A stretch of 40,111 nucleotides of DNA from Octopus bimaculoides (Eukaryota): the NCBI RefSeq assembly GCF_001194135.2, contig NC_068982.1:98271418-98311528 (forward strand), written 5' to 3'. A program made the position numbers and the translations under genes. A model generated the notes under the pieces. It had not been told where the DNA came from. It ran no database searches and saw nothing but the letters and a program-made list of their open reading frames with translations. How positions within the stretch are numbered: position 1 is the first letter of the stretch; each line of letters begins with the position of its first letter. Shown here piece by piece: positions 1-10,993 of the stretch.

Positions 1-575
1 TATATATGCATTCTGTACATGCCATCACAGCATGAACTCTCCAAACTCAGTGTTTATTTATATACGTATAAACATATATAGCATGTTGGCGTTATGGTAC
101 TTGTTAGTAGAAAGGAGATGACCTACTTTTGAATAAATTATATGGCTAAATCTATTTTATGGTTAGTGAAATCGTGCGATTTATATTTTATTTGTGTACA
201 ATATACACAAGACAACAGGTTATAAACGCAAATCTAAACAGTATATTGAGAATAAGCGCGAGAAACAGACAAGTTATAAAATTTTTGTGTCGTTTAATGG
301 AGGCGAAAAATATATACGGTTATGTTTCTTTTTTTCAACTCGAATTGCTTTAAATTGGGATGGTTCCCGCTTTAAACACACACACACATACATACAGATG
401 CGCAGCCATATACAGACATACAAACATGCATACACAACCATTTGTACAAACAGAGGAAGCCGCTTATTGATATCACTTTAAGACGCAGCCATTCAGATAA
501 CAATAACTGTGTGATGTGATGATATTATCCATTATGATATGCATCTTACGTTGCACGCTCGCACGCACACACATA

Positions 576-621
<46 letters not shown>

Positions 622-1182
622 GAGAGAGAAAGAGAGAAAGAAAGAGAGAGAGAGACAGAGGGAGAAAGAGATTCGTACATACATATATACATAGAAATTC
701 ATATACAATTGCTTGTTATGAAGAAAATGTATTTTAACATGAAAGGTATATTTTCACATTCACAGAAATAGCTGATGCTGGAAGATAATTAACTGAGTAC
801 ACAGTCAGAAGTAGATAAGAGATTAGATTAGGATTCAGTTTATTTCTGTATTTACACACTCAGTAGGTTACTGGTCACGGTAAAAAGGTTACAGACTGTA
901 AAGGAAAACTGTCAATAAAACACGAACATTCCTTCCAGAAACGAAAATACAAATTCATAAGTCAGTCGTTTAGTAAAGTATCCGAGGTCACTGGGTTTAG
1001 AGAAATGTCGGTGTGGGATTCTTCCAGTAAACACGAGCCAGGGCGATTGTACCAATTCACATTTCGAGTACTTAAGGGACGTGTGTAATACTAATTTTTC
1101 ACAGACTTTGGAATGTTTTCAACATTTAGAGAGGTTTAATAATATATCGATGCGTAAGAGTTCACAGGTTTAAATCAATTCA

Positions 1183-1869
1183 TTTTTCTATTGGCATAAG
1201 GGCTGAAATTTTAGAAGCAGGGTTGGTGGTGGTGGGGTGTGCTAGTCGATAAAATTGACACCAGTTCTTCACTGACACTTACTTCATTGACCCTGAAAAG
1301 ACGAAAAGCACAATCGTTCTTGGAGGAATTTGAACTCACAACATAAAGACGGACGAAATGCCGCTAAGCGTTTTGTCCGACGTGTTAACGTTTCTGCCAG
1401 CTCGCCGTCTTACAGGTGAAAATTAATTCTTTCTACTCTATGTACAAGGCCTGAAAGTTCTGGGGAAGGGGTATGTCGATTAGACTGACCCCGGCGCTTA
1501 ACTGATACTTATTTCATCGACCCGAGAAGGATGAAAAACTAAGTCGACTTCGGCAGAGTTTGAACTCAGAACATAAAACCGAAAGAAATGCCACTAAGTA
1601 TTTTTTTCCTTTCTACTATAGGCACAAGGCCTGAAATTTGGGGGGAAGGGGACTAGTCGATTACATAGACCCCAGTGTTTCACTGGTACTCAATTTATCG
1701 ACCCCGAAAGGATGAAAGCAAAGTCGACCTCGGTGGAATTTGAACTCAGACCGTAGCGACGGGCGAAATACCGCTAAGCATTTCATCCGGCGCGCTAACG
1801 ATTCTGCCAGCTCGCCGCCTTACGAAGCATTTTTTTTCCGACGTGCTAATGTTTCTGCCAGCTCGCCTT
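1183..1869 (-). mobile_element. Tandem stack of three tRNA-derived SINE family A copies plus an extra head fragment
   Basis: Repeated blocks at about 1183-1411, 1428-1605, 1606-1821 and 1822-1869 share gaccccgaaaggatgaaaggcaaagtcgacctcggcggaatttgaactcagaac and the end tttctgccagctcgccgcctt. The reverse complement has a B-box-like GAGTTCAAATTCC. Confidence 0.9.
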
Positions 1870-1897
1870 AAAATTACATATTACTAATTTAAACCTG

Positions 1898-2120
1898 TAA
1901 AGTGGCGAATTGGCAGAAACGCTAGAGCGTCGGACAAAATACTAGAGTGGTATTTCTTCCGACTCAGCAAGTTCCGAGTCCAAATTCGACTGGAGGTATA
2001 ACTTTAACTTTCAACCCTCAAAGTCAATAAAATAAAGTACCAGTCAAGTAATGAGGTCGATGTTATCCACTATACCCTTTTTCTAAAATTACTGGTATTG
2101 TGCCAAAATTTGGAGCAATT
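1898..2120 (+). mobile_element. SINE family A, diverged copy
   Basis: aaagtggcgaattggcagaaacgctag...gagtccaaattcgac...aataaaataaagtaccagtc matches the family A head and body in forward orientation. Confidence 0.8.
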
Positions 2121-2514
2121 ACTGTTTCCTTGTCATAACAAGAGTAATCTTGGTCCCTTCTATCGCTATTAAATTGCACCCAGTTGATACTCTTCACATG
2201 TGTAACAGCTTCATCTAAACTTTTTCGCATATTCCTCGTCGTTCCATAATCCCTACTGTGAATTATTTTCTCTCAGTAAATACTTTACAGAAATTTCTTT
2301 CTTCGGGACTATTGCTTCTAAAACTTTCTTATGCTCCTTATTTTTCTCCCAACTGCTGACATTGTTGAGTTTAGATTAAACACTAATTTGACCCAGTTGT
2401 CTGTATCCACTAACATAAAGGGAAAATGAGAGAGAGAGAGAGAGAGGGGGGTGGAAGGTTAAGAGTAATATGTAGGCAACGCTTTCCATCTACAGACGAA
2501 ATAGTCATTCCTAA

Positions 2515-3180
2515 AACAGCACAAAACTAGAAATTTAAGAGGTGGGAAACTGTTGATTATATAGATTCTCAGTACTTTATTAGTGCTTTATTCTATCGCT
2601 TCAAAAAGGAAGAAAGGAAAAACTGACCTCAGCAGGATTTGAACCTGGAGCGTAAAAAAAACCCCAGAAAGAATAAGATATTTTGTCCGACATTCAAACA
2701 ATTCTGCCGCTCTATCGCCCTTTCAATAATTTCAGAGAGAAAGAGAGAGAAAGACAGAGAGAGTAGTTCGCCTCTTATCAGCCTAAGTCTTCATAGAAAG
2801 CTTCTGTTTTATGTAGCTCTTGGAGTTATTATGCTAAACGTCGCCCTTTCAAAGCCTAGCCAGGCTCATGGGCCCGGTTTCTATGGCGTGAAAGTAAAGT
2901 CGACACTGATAAGATTTGAATTCAGAACATTAAGGACCGTATCTAAATATCTCAGACATTTTGCACGACACCTAAATAACTGCACAAAGCGTCTAATGGT
3001 AATATTCTTGTGACTTACCTTTATATTTTGAGCCTCTCGCTGAAGTTGACTTTGCTTTTCCTTCTTCCAGGGTCGACAGAATAAAGTACCAGTAAATTAG
3101 TGTGATTGATATATTAACTGATCATTATAGATCACTCTTAAAATGATCGGCGTTCTGTCAATGTCAAAAACCGTTATAAG
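2515..3180. mobile_element. Degenerate SINE family A fragments (minus at about 2515-2722 and 2885-2995, plus at about 3015-3180)
   Basis: Recognisable family A motifs: aaagtcgacactgataagatttgaattcagaac, gttgactttgcttttcct...gggtcgacagaataaagtaccagt. Confidence 0.65.
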
Positions 3181-3540
3181 ATTTGTCAGACATCTCAGAA
3201 ATGTTAGCCACCTAAAGATGTTATACATCTATATCTGCTATAATGACAAAAGAATTTTTTGATTAATTAAGCTCTGGTTAATTTAATTTAAATTGATTAG
3301 GTTATTGCTATTTCAGTTAACTTAAAGGCTATCAGTTTGACAACCAATCTAACCAATTTCTTCTTCATCGCTAGAAATTAACAACGATCAGTCAATAAGG
3401 GAGGCTCTACTTGATCACATGACTTCATAGAAATAGCAGTCGTTTCGCCACTCTGCTTTCACTTGAAATTACATACGCTGTCATCGTATATAAAAAAAAA
3501 AACAGACATAAATTGGATCGAAGAATCCTAGATATATCTA

Positions 3541-3712
3541 GGTGTGGCTGTGTAGGTAAGAAGCTTGCTTCCCAACCATATGGTCTTGGGTTCAGTCACA
3601 TTGTGCGGTACCTTGGGCAAGTGTCTTCTACTATTACCTCTTCTATTGTAGCGCCAGTCTAAGTCATTGTGAGTGGTTTAGGTAGACGGCAGCTGAAAGA
3701 AGCCTGTCGTGT
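3541..3712 (+). mobile_element. SINE family B, 5' half (3' part resumes at about 4421-4515)
   Basis: gtggctgtgtaggtaagaagcttgcttcccaaccatatggtcttgggttcagtcacattgtgcggtaccttgggcaagtgtcttctacta matches the copies at 19825, 23695 and 34000. The family B tail (aatagaataagta...gaaacaagtaaaagataa) reappears at 4421-4515. Confidence 0.85.
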
Positions 3713-3729
3713 ATATATATATATATATA

Positions 3730-4420
3730 CTAGCAGTATAACCCGACCTTGTCCGGGTGACTTATTATGCCATCTACGATAAGTCTTGCTAGCTGAAAAT
3801 CAACTAAAAAAGAAAGCCTTACAACGAAAAAACCCTTATGATGTAAATATGTTCATAATTCAAAAGACGATGAAATTAATAGGGAAAGTCTGAAGGCTGT
3901 TTTGCGTAAAATTATTAAGCGTACGTAAATTTCATCCGTGTAATTGGCTATAGAAATGCTTGTGCAAAACAACTTTTTGCGCTACCCTGATTATACATAG
4001 CAGGGTAATCCCTTTTAGCAGNNNNNNNNNNNNNNNNNNNNNNNNNNNNNNNNNNNNNNNNNNNNNNNNNNNNNNNNNNNNNNNNNNNNNNNNNNNNNNN
4101 NNNNNNNNNNNNNNNNNNNNNNNNNNNNNNNNNNNNNNNNNNNNNNNNNNNNNNNNNNNNNNNNNNNNNNNGAGGCATAATCTATGTATATATTAAACAG
4201 AACAACAAAAGTTATAATAGATGGCAGTGTCGGTACTTTTCACATATCTGTAATTTTTCAGATTAACACCCGCACAATTACCCAACCCTAATCTTAAACC
4301 TAATCCTAACACTAACCCTAACACTAACCCTAAACCCTAACCCTAACCCTGACTCTAAAAAACGTAACCGTAACATTAATTCTAAACCCTAACCCTGACC
4401 CTAAAACCCTAACCCTAACA
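3730..4420 (-). mobile_element. Non-autonomous Helitron-like element (3' end well defined, 5' end uncertain)
   Basis: The minus strand ends ...cccggacaaggtcgggttatactgCTAG|T: a GC-rich hairpin (3741-3758) about 8 nt from a terminal CTAG, followed by T. This is the canonical Helitron 3' signature. The element interrupts a SINE at its (TA)n tract and contains an N gap. Confidence 0.6.
4282..4420. repeat. Degenerate interstitial telomere-like (TAACCC)n array
   Basis: Many taaccc/ctaacc units with variants (taaaccc, taacact, tgaccc). Confidence 0.85.
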
Positions 4421-4518
4421 CCAATAGAATAAGTATCAGACCTAAAACAAAAGTATTGGGATCGCGACTAACCTCTTCAAGGCCCCAGTCCTATGAACGA
4501 AACAAGTAAAAGATAATA

Positions 4519-4860
4519 TATCGGGTCATTCAGAATGAAATGTCCGATTTTGAACTGAAAGTTTATTTTACTTTATCTCAACAAAAAGCAATGCAGTTAA
4601 TCAAAATATGCACCTAAATTATCAACACAATTTTGCCATCTTATCGGCAGCTTATTTATGCTGGCAGCGAAGAATTCTGGAGAGCAAGAGGCGATGAAAT
4701 CACAAAGGACTGTTTTGGCATTTTCTTCAAATTTGAAATTTTTCCTTGCAAAAAGTGGCCTAATGCCCGGAAAACGTGATAATCAGTTGGTGCAAAGTCT
4801 GGTGAATATGCTAATGTCTCAAAAACGTGAAGACACATTAGATAAAATAGTTCGAATTAC
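4519..4860 (-). mobile_element. Tc1/mariner (mariner-type) transposon 3' end: transposase C-terminus remnant plus one TIR
   Basis: Minus-strand translation gives AYSPDFAPTDYHVFRALGHFLQGK, then after a frameshift FKFEENAKTVLCDFIASCSPEFFAASINKLPIRWQNCVDNLGAYFD* (stop 4597-4599). This carries the mariner YSPDLAPxD motif and the WQKCV...G.YF end. The terminus TA|tatcgggtcatt at 4517-4519 fits a TA target. Confidence 0.92.
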
Positions 4861-4939
4861 GTCTAAAATGACGGAGTAGCCCAGGCATGGTACCTTTCAT
4901 CATGGTTTCGTCTAATTAGAGTTTACCACGTGTTAAATG

Positions 4940-4953
4940 CTGCTACCACTACC

Positions 4954-4985
<32 letters not shown>

Positions 4986-5168
4986 CAATGACAGCAGTAG
5001 TAGCAGCAGCAATAGTAGCAGCAGTGGTAGCAGCAGCAGTAAGAAAAATCACAAAAGAAAAACCAGTTGAGGGACCGAAGGAAACAATGTCAGCAGAACA
5101 AGACAAATGACTGACAAGAAGAGTGACCATGAGATGGCACAACAATAACACCAGCAACAATCGCAATG

Positions 5169-5203
<35 letters not shown>

Positions 5204-5240
5204 AGTGACAACAACGAAGAACAATAGAGTGATGAAGACA
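4940..5240. repeat. Trinucleotide low-complexity tract (CAC/CAA/CAG)
   Basis: Runs of accaccacc, aacaacaac and agcagc. Confidence 0.9.
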
Positions 5241-5613
5241 ACAACAATAACAGGGAGACAGAACAAAACCAAATACAAGAATGAAAGCCGTGCCAAGAAG
5301 TTTGAATAATTACAACATCGGAGAAAATGAAAAATAGCAACAGGGACGACATAAAAGCAAATACACAAGAGAAAGTCATTTGAATGACGTGTCGAAACGA
5401 AATCAAACAAAACCAAATAGATTTTGGAATGATTGGAGACAGTCAAAGATCATTGCGATTATCAGATCAGATAAATTAGTGATAATCAAGAAAAATAGAT
5501 TTGCCGTTCAAAACATACAATGGCAGTACATACACACACACACACGCCCTGCCTCACAAAAGCTTGTACACACAGAGACTCTGTCTCTGTCTCTGTCTCA
5601 CTCTTTTTCTCTA

Positions 5614-5683
<70 letters not shown>

Positions 5684-5894
5684 CCTCGCTCTTTCTTTTT
5701 GTATCTCGTACGTGCATACAGACACACATGTGCATGCACGCATTCACCAACAAACTCATAGATTACAGAAATACTTTGAACTACGATTCAATTTTTGATT
5801 TCTAATATTGTCAACAATTAAATGTAAGCATACATGCATGCATACATACATACACACATACATACATACATACAGACAGACAAACAGACAGACA

Positions 5895-6093
5895 GACTGA
5901 GAAAAATATGGCAGTCGGAACTCTCTTACAAGACAATATCCCACAATGCATTTTTAGTACCAGCCTTATTCCGACATTTGGGATACTTGACTGGTCTGTT
6001 GTGGAAATCCACTCCATAGACGTTAAAATCCGCAAGATACTGACATCAACTGGAAATTTCTACAGGAATAGTGATATTGATAGACTCCACTTA
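5895..6093 (+). mobile_element. R4/Dong-like LINE fragment, near-identical duplicate of 7083-7281
   Basis: PTFGILDWSVVEIHSIDVKIRKILTSTGNFYRNSDIDRLHL; truncated by an N gap. Confidence 0.85.
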
Positions 6094-6753
6094 NNNNNNN
6101 NNNNNNNNNNNNNNNNNNNNNNNNNNNNNNNNNNNNNNNNNNNNNNNNNNNNNNNNNNNNNNNNNNNNNNNNNNNNNNNNNNNNNNNNNNNNNNNNNNNN
6201 NNNNNNNNNNNNNNNNNNNNNNNNNNNNNNNNNNNNNNNNNNNNNNNNNNNNNNNNNNNNNNNNNNNNNNNNNNNNNNNNNNNNNNNNNNNNNNNNNNNN
6301 NNNNNNNNNNNNNNNNNNNNNNNNNNNNNNNNNNNNNNNNNNNNNNNNNNNNNNNNNNNNNNNNNNNNNNNNNNNNNNNNNNNNNNNNNNNNNNNNNNNN
6401 NNNNNNNNNNNNNNNNNNNNNNNNNNNNNNNNNNNNNNNNNNNNNNNNNNNNNNNNNNNNNNNNNNNNNNNNNNNNNNNNNNNNNNNNNNNNNNNNNNNN
6501 NNNNNNNNNNNNNNNNNNNNNNNNNNNNNNNNNNNNNNNNNNNNNNNNNNNNNNNNNNNNNNNNNNNNNNNNNNNNNNNNNNNNNNNNNNNNNNNNNNNN
6601 NNNNNNNNNNNNNNNNNNNNNNNNNNNNNNNNNNNNNNNNNNNNNNNNNNNNNNNNNNNNNNNNNNNNNNNNNNNNNNNNNNNNNNNNNNNNNNNNNNNN
6701 NNNNNNNNNNNNNNNNNNNNNNNNNNNNNNNNNNNNNNNNNNNNNNNNNNNNN

Positions 6754-7032
6754 CACGTTTACCCTTAATGTAGTTCTCGGGGATATTCAGCGTGACACAG
6801 TGTGACAAGGCCGACCCTTTGAATTACAGGCACAACAGAAACAGGAAGTAAGAGTGAGAGAAAGTTGTGGTGAAAGAGTACAGCAGGGTTCGCCACCATC
6901 CCCTGCCGGAGCCTCGTGGAGCTTTAGGTGTTTTCGCTCAATAAACATTCACAACGCCCGGTCTGGGAATCGAAACCGCAATCCTATGACCGCGAGTCCG
7001 CTGCCCTAAGCACTGGGCCATTGCGCCTCCAC
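6754..7032 (-). mobile_element. SINE family C, 3' end lost in gap
   Basis: Highly similar to 24683-25067 and 36175-36546. The minus-strand head gtggaggcgcaatggcccagtg..tagggcagcggactcgcggtc..ggtttcgattcc has A- and B-box-like motifs. Confidence 0.95.
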
Positions 7033-7084
7033 TGTCTGAGCATACATACATACATACATACAGACAGACAAACAGACAGACAGA

Positions 7085-8495
7085 CTGAGAAAAATATGGC
7101 AGTCGGAACTCTCTTACAAGACAATATCCCACAATGCATTTTTAGTACCAGCCTTATTCCGACATTTGGGATACTTGACTGGTCTGTTGTGGAAATCCAC
7201 TCCATAGACGTTAAAATCCGCAAGATACTGACATCAACTGGAAAATTCTACAGGAATAGTGATATTGATAGACTCCACTTAAGAAGAGATGAAGGAGGTA
7301 GAGGCTTGAGATCAGTGCAGACAGCTTTTGAATATCATATAGTCTCTCTCAGATAGCACTTTCTAAACAGCAGCACCAGTGATAGATACATTATTTTCAT
7401 ATCCTATGTGTCGACAACAAGCTCCTCAGGGATCACTCTCTTCCTGGTGACCTTCCATGCAACTCCAAAGCAACCAGATTAACACACCTCAAAGAAGAGC
7501 CGGATATGAAACGCTATTCATGGTTATGTTTCCTGAAGGCTAGAAGAGACAGTAATATCCTTTTCCACTCTAGGTACAGGGCCCGAAATTCTGGGGGGAG
7601 GGGGCCAGTCGATTAGATCGACCCCAGTACGAAACTGGTACTTAGTTTATCGACCCCGAAAGGATGAAAAGCAAAGTCGACCTCAGCGGTATTTGTACTC
7701 AGAACGTAAAGGCAGACGAAATACCGCTAGGCATTTCGCCCGGCGTGCTAACGTTTCTTATTTCTTTATTGCCCACAAGGGGCTAAACATAGAGGGGATA
7801 AATAAGGACAGACAAAGGGATTAAGTCGATTAGATCGACCGCAGTGCGTAACTGGTACTTATTTAATCGACCCCGAAAGGATGAAGGGCAAAGTCAGCCT
7901 CGGCGGTATTTGAACTCAGAACGTAAAGACAGACGAAATACCGCAAGGCATTTCGCCCGGCGTGCTAACGTTTCTGCCAGCTCACCACCTTAAGAGACAG
8001 TAATATCGACATGAAGTACAGCCTCTCTTGTACTCGTGACCTCTACATCACATTAAGCTTCGAAGGCGATGCATTTGCTATTCAAGAAAAGGAAATTGCT
8101 ACAAAATACCTAATAAACAAAAGAGACAGTAAAGTCCTTGAAGCTTCAAGATGCAACCGTAAATGTAGGTTATGCCATATTTCTGTGGGGGACATCACAT
8201 ATGTGATTAGCAGCCGCCCAAAAATGTCATCAAGGCACATTACTTTCTTATGCGACACGACGTAGTCGCAAAAGAAAGACTGTCCTAATCCCCCACTTAT
8301 TGAATGCGTACACAACAATCAACACAAGGAATACCGGTGGAACATTCCCATCAAAAGATCTGTCAAGTGCAAATATAACAAGCTGAATATTGTTGTTTTG
8401 GGACAGACAGGAAAAAGTATGTACCTTCATAGAGGTCAGCTGCCCTGCTGATGTGAATATTTCTTTGAAAATCAAGGAGAAAAAGGATAACCAGT
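7085..8495 (+). mobile_element. Decayed R4/Dong-clade non-LTR retrotransposon, 3' part (post-RT region, CCHC knuckle, restriction-like endonuclease), interrupted by a SINE dimer
   Basis: DIDRLHLRRDEGGRGLRSVQTAFE; NAIHGYV; then across the SINE RDSNIDMKYS..FEGDAFAIQEKEIATKYL..CRLCHISVGDITYVISSRPKMS (decayed C-x2-C-x8-H-x4-C); EYRWNIP..CTFIEVSCPADVNISLKIKEKKD (RLE-type motif). Contains stops and frameshifts. Confidence 0.88.
7560..7991 (-). mobile_element. Dimeric family A SINE flanked by a 16-bp target-site duplication
   Basis: Two family A bodies with different tails (about 7560-7757 and 7758-7991). The TSD aagagacagtaatatc occurs at 7544-7559 and 7992-8007. Confidence 0.93.
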
Positions 8496-8981
8496 CAAAA
8501 TGAAAAAGCGAAACACACACACACACACACGCACAGATAGATTAATAAACAGATATACATACATACACATTTACACACATATGTTCTATAGGAAAATGCG
8601 TTTACGTTCTTATTTAATTCACTTAGAGTGTAAGTAATCCATACCTTCATTTCAGTTCTGATTTACATAGATATTTTGAATTAATGGCGAGCCGTCAGTA
8701 CCACAAATATGCAAATGAGACTGCACACTATTAGCTGATCTATGTTGCTGATTTGTTAAGAAAGCCGGGTACGTCTGCTCTGTGGGGTGACCAACAGACC
8801 ATGAAGCACTCTATCAAGAGACTCACACTTTCACACTCTCAGTCATCAGGAGACTCACACATAAATAGCATAAAAAGTATGCGTTTATATTTTTATTTAA
8901 CCCACAGTGAGGCTTTGTTATATTTAAATTATTTCAGATCTGCTTTAACACAGCGCGCGCTCGCGCGTGTGCATGTGTGTC

Positions 8982-9026
<45 letters not shown>

Positions 9027-9976
9027 ATATTAGGGATAAAATCCAAAATTACAGGTAAAAACTCAATCAAAATCAATTTATTAAAAATTAAAATTAAATT
9101 AAGTTTCACAGTATAAAATATATATAAATATANNNNNNNNNNNNNNNNNNNNNNNNNNNNNNNNNNNNNNNNNNNNNNNNNNNNNNNNNNNNNNNNNNNN
9201 NNNNNNNNNNNNNNNNNNNNNNNNNNNNNNNNNNNNNNNNNNNNNNNNNNNNNNNNNNNNNNNNNNNNNNNNNNNNNNNNNNNNNNNNNNNNNNNNNNNN
9301 NNNNNNNNNNNNNNNNNNNNNNNNNNNNNNNNNNNNNNNNNNNNNNNNNNNNNNNNNNNNNNNNNNNNNNNNNNNNNNNNNNNNNNNNNNNNNNNNNNNN
9401 NNNNNNNNNNNNNNNNNNNNNNNNNNNNNNNNNNNNNNNNNNNNNNNNNNNNNNNNNNNNNNNNNNNNNNNNNNNNNNNNNNNNNNNNNNNNNNNNNNNN
9501 NNNNNNNNNNNNNNNNNNNNNNNNNNNNNNNNNNNNNNNNNNNNNNNNNNNNNNNNNNNNNNNNNNNNNNNNNNNNNNNNNNNNNNNNNNNNNNNNNNNN
9601 NNNNNNNNNNNNNNNAAGTAATTTCAAATTCAATGTTTTCTTGAAACAATAAATTTCTATAGAGATTAGATTTAAATTCCAATATATGAAAAGTTTCCGT
9701 TCTAAAATATTAGAAAAGGAACGAAAGATTATTCAGTTACTCAGGTTAATACGAACGAGCCTAGTAGGTATAAAAGACTAATTGACGTCTCATGTCAAGA
9801 GTACAGGCGACAGTCAGATCGCTGATGTTTCTTGTGCACTCCGCTGTCGTTATTCGATTGCCGTTATTCTGTGCGTCTGTGTGTAAAGATCAGTTGTGTT
9901 TTGCCGGGTTGCTTTATTTTTATCCTTAACTTAAAAATAGAGAAAGATAGATATACAAAAATATAAGCCATTTGGG

Positions 9977-10143
9977 CACTAGCATAACTAGTTTGTGTGC
10001 CGTCTCAGGACCCTACAAAAAGAAAAAAAAAACCCCAGATATTGCCTACAGCAGACCCAAAAGTGCCGCTCCTTTAAGATTGCAGCCTGGGGCGGACCGC
10101 CCCTGCCGCCGCCCCTGCCGCCACCCCTGTAGCTACGCTAGTG
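9977..10143. mobile_element. 167-bp hAT-type MITE
   Basis: TIRs cactagcataacta and revcomp cactagcgtagcta (12/14). 8-bp TSD catttggg (9969-9976) / catttgtg (10144-10151), 7/8. Confidence 0.85.
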
Positions 10144-10365
10144 CATTTGTGGCTAGAAATAAAGCGGAAAATCGTGAAATTCTTCGAGTAGGCATGTGTC
10201 TGATGCGAAATCTGGGATGAGCCCGAGTGACGCAGATGACCTGGAGTCGCCTCTGATATATATATNNNNNNNNNNAAAGCTTTGATACAAAACTGTGAAG
10301 CTGATTTAACATAATATATAGTAAAACTGCACGTTCTCTAATCAGTAGCTAATTTTTGTCCATGC

Positions 10366-10538
10366 ATGTATACATACATATATATATATATACATTCATA
10401 CATACATACATGCATACATGCATACATACATACATACATACATACATACATACATACATACATGCATACATACATACATGCATACATGCATACATACATA
10501 CATACATACATACATACATACATACATACATACATACA
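10366..10538. repeat. (ATAC)n microsatellite
   Basis: Long catacata array with ATGC variants; a similar (ATAC/ATCC) array lies at 12505-12670. Confidence 0.97.
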
Positions 10539-10878
10539 TCAGACCATCGGATGTGAATGCCTTTTCTGATCGTAGGAAAAGGAAAATATCTATGGAGAAC
10601 TGATGAGAGATCTACAGCTCTTGCATTCACGCTACAGTTTTTCATTCGTTCCTATGATCATAAGTGCATTGCGCTACGTTTCTGCATAGTTTCTGCATAG
10701 AAACCCCTGAAATTCTTGGTTCTCCAAAAAGGAACAGAGTAAAAGTAAACCGATTCGCATTCTATGGATACAATCAAAGCAACACTAAAAATTTCTCAAG
10801 CATTTCAGGGATTTTCCTTTTGAGTTCTCTGGATGGAGATATGCACAAACCCACAAACCACATATTCATAAGATATAT

Positions 10879-10918
<40 letters not shown>

Positions 10919-10954
10919 NNNNNNNNNNNNNNNNNNNNNNNNNNNNNNNNNNNN

Positions 10955-10993
<39 letters not shown>

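Noticed and set aside
961-1170. About 70-codon stop-free plus frame (VSRLVKYPRSLGLEKCRCGILP...)
   Set aside because: No convincing flanking splice sites, no recognisable homology, and the length is within chance.
2130-2430. Possible very old RTE-like 3' fragment on the minus strand (DNWVK, FRW-like)
   Set aside because: The motifs are too decayed to support a call.
4282-4420. True telomere or chromosome-fusion site
   Set aside because: The array is short, degenerate, single-orientation and embedded in a TE nest.
8703-8757. AU-rich imperfect hairpin as a second miRNA
   Set aside because: It needs about 6 bulges, pairing is weak, and I identified no processing motifs.
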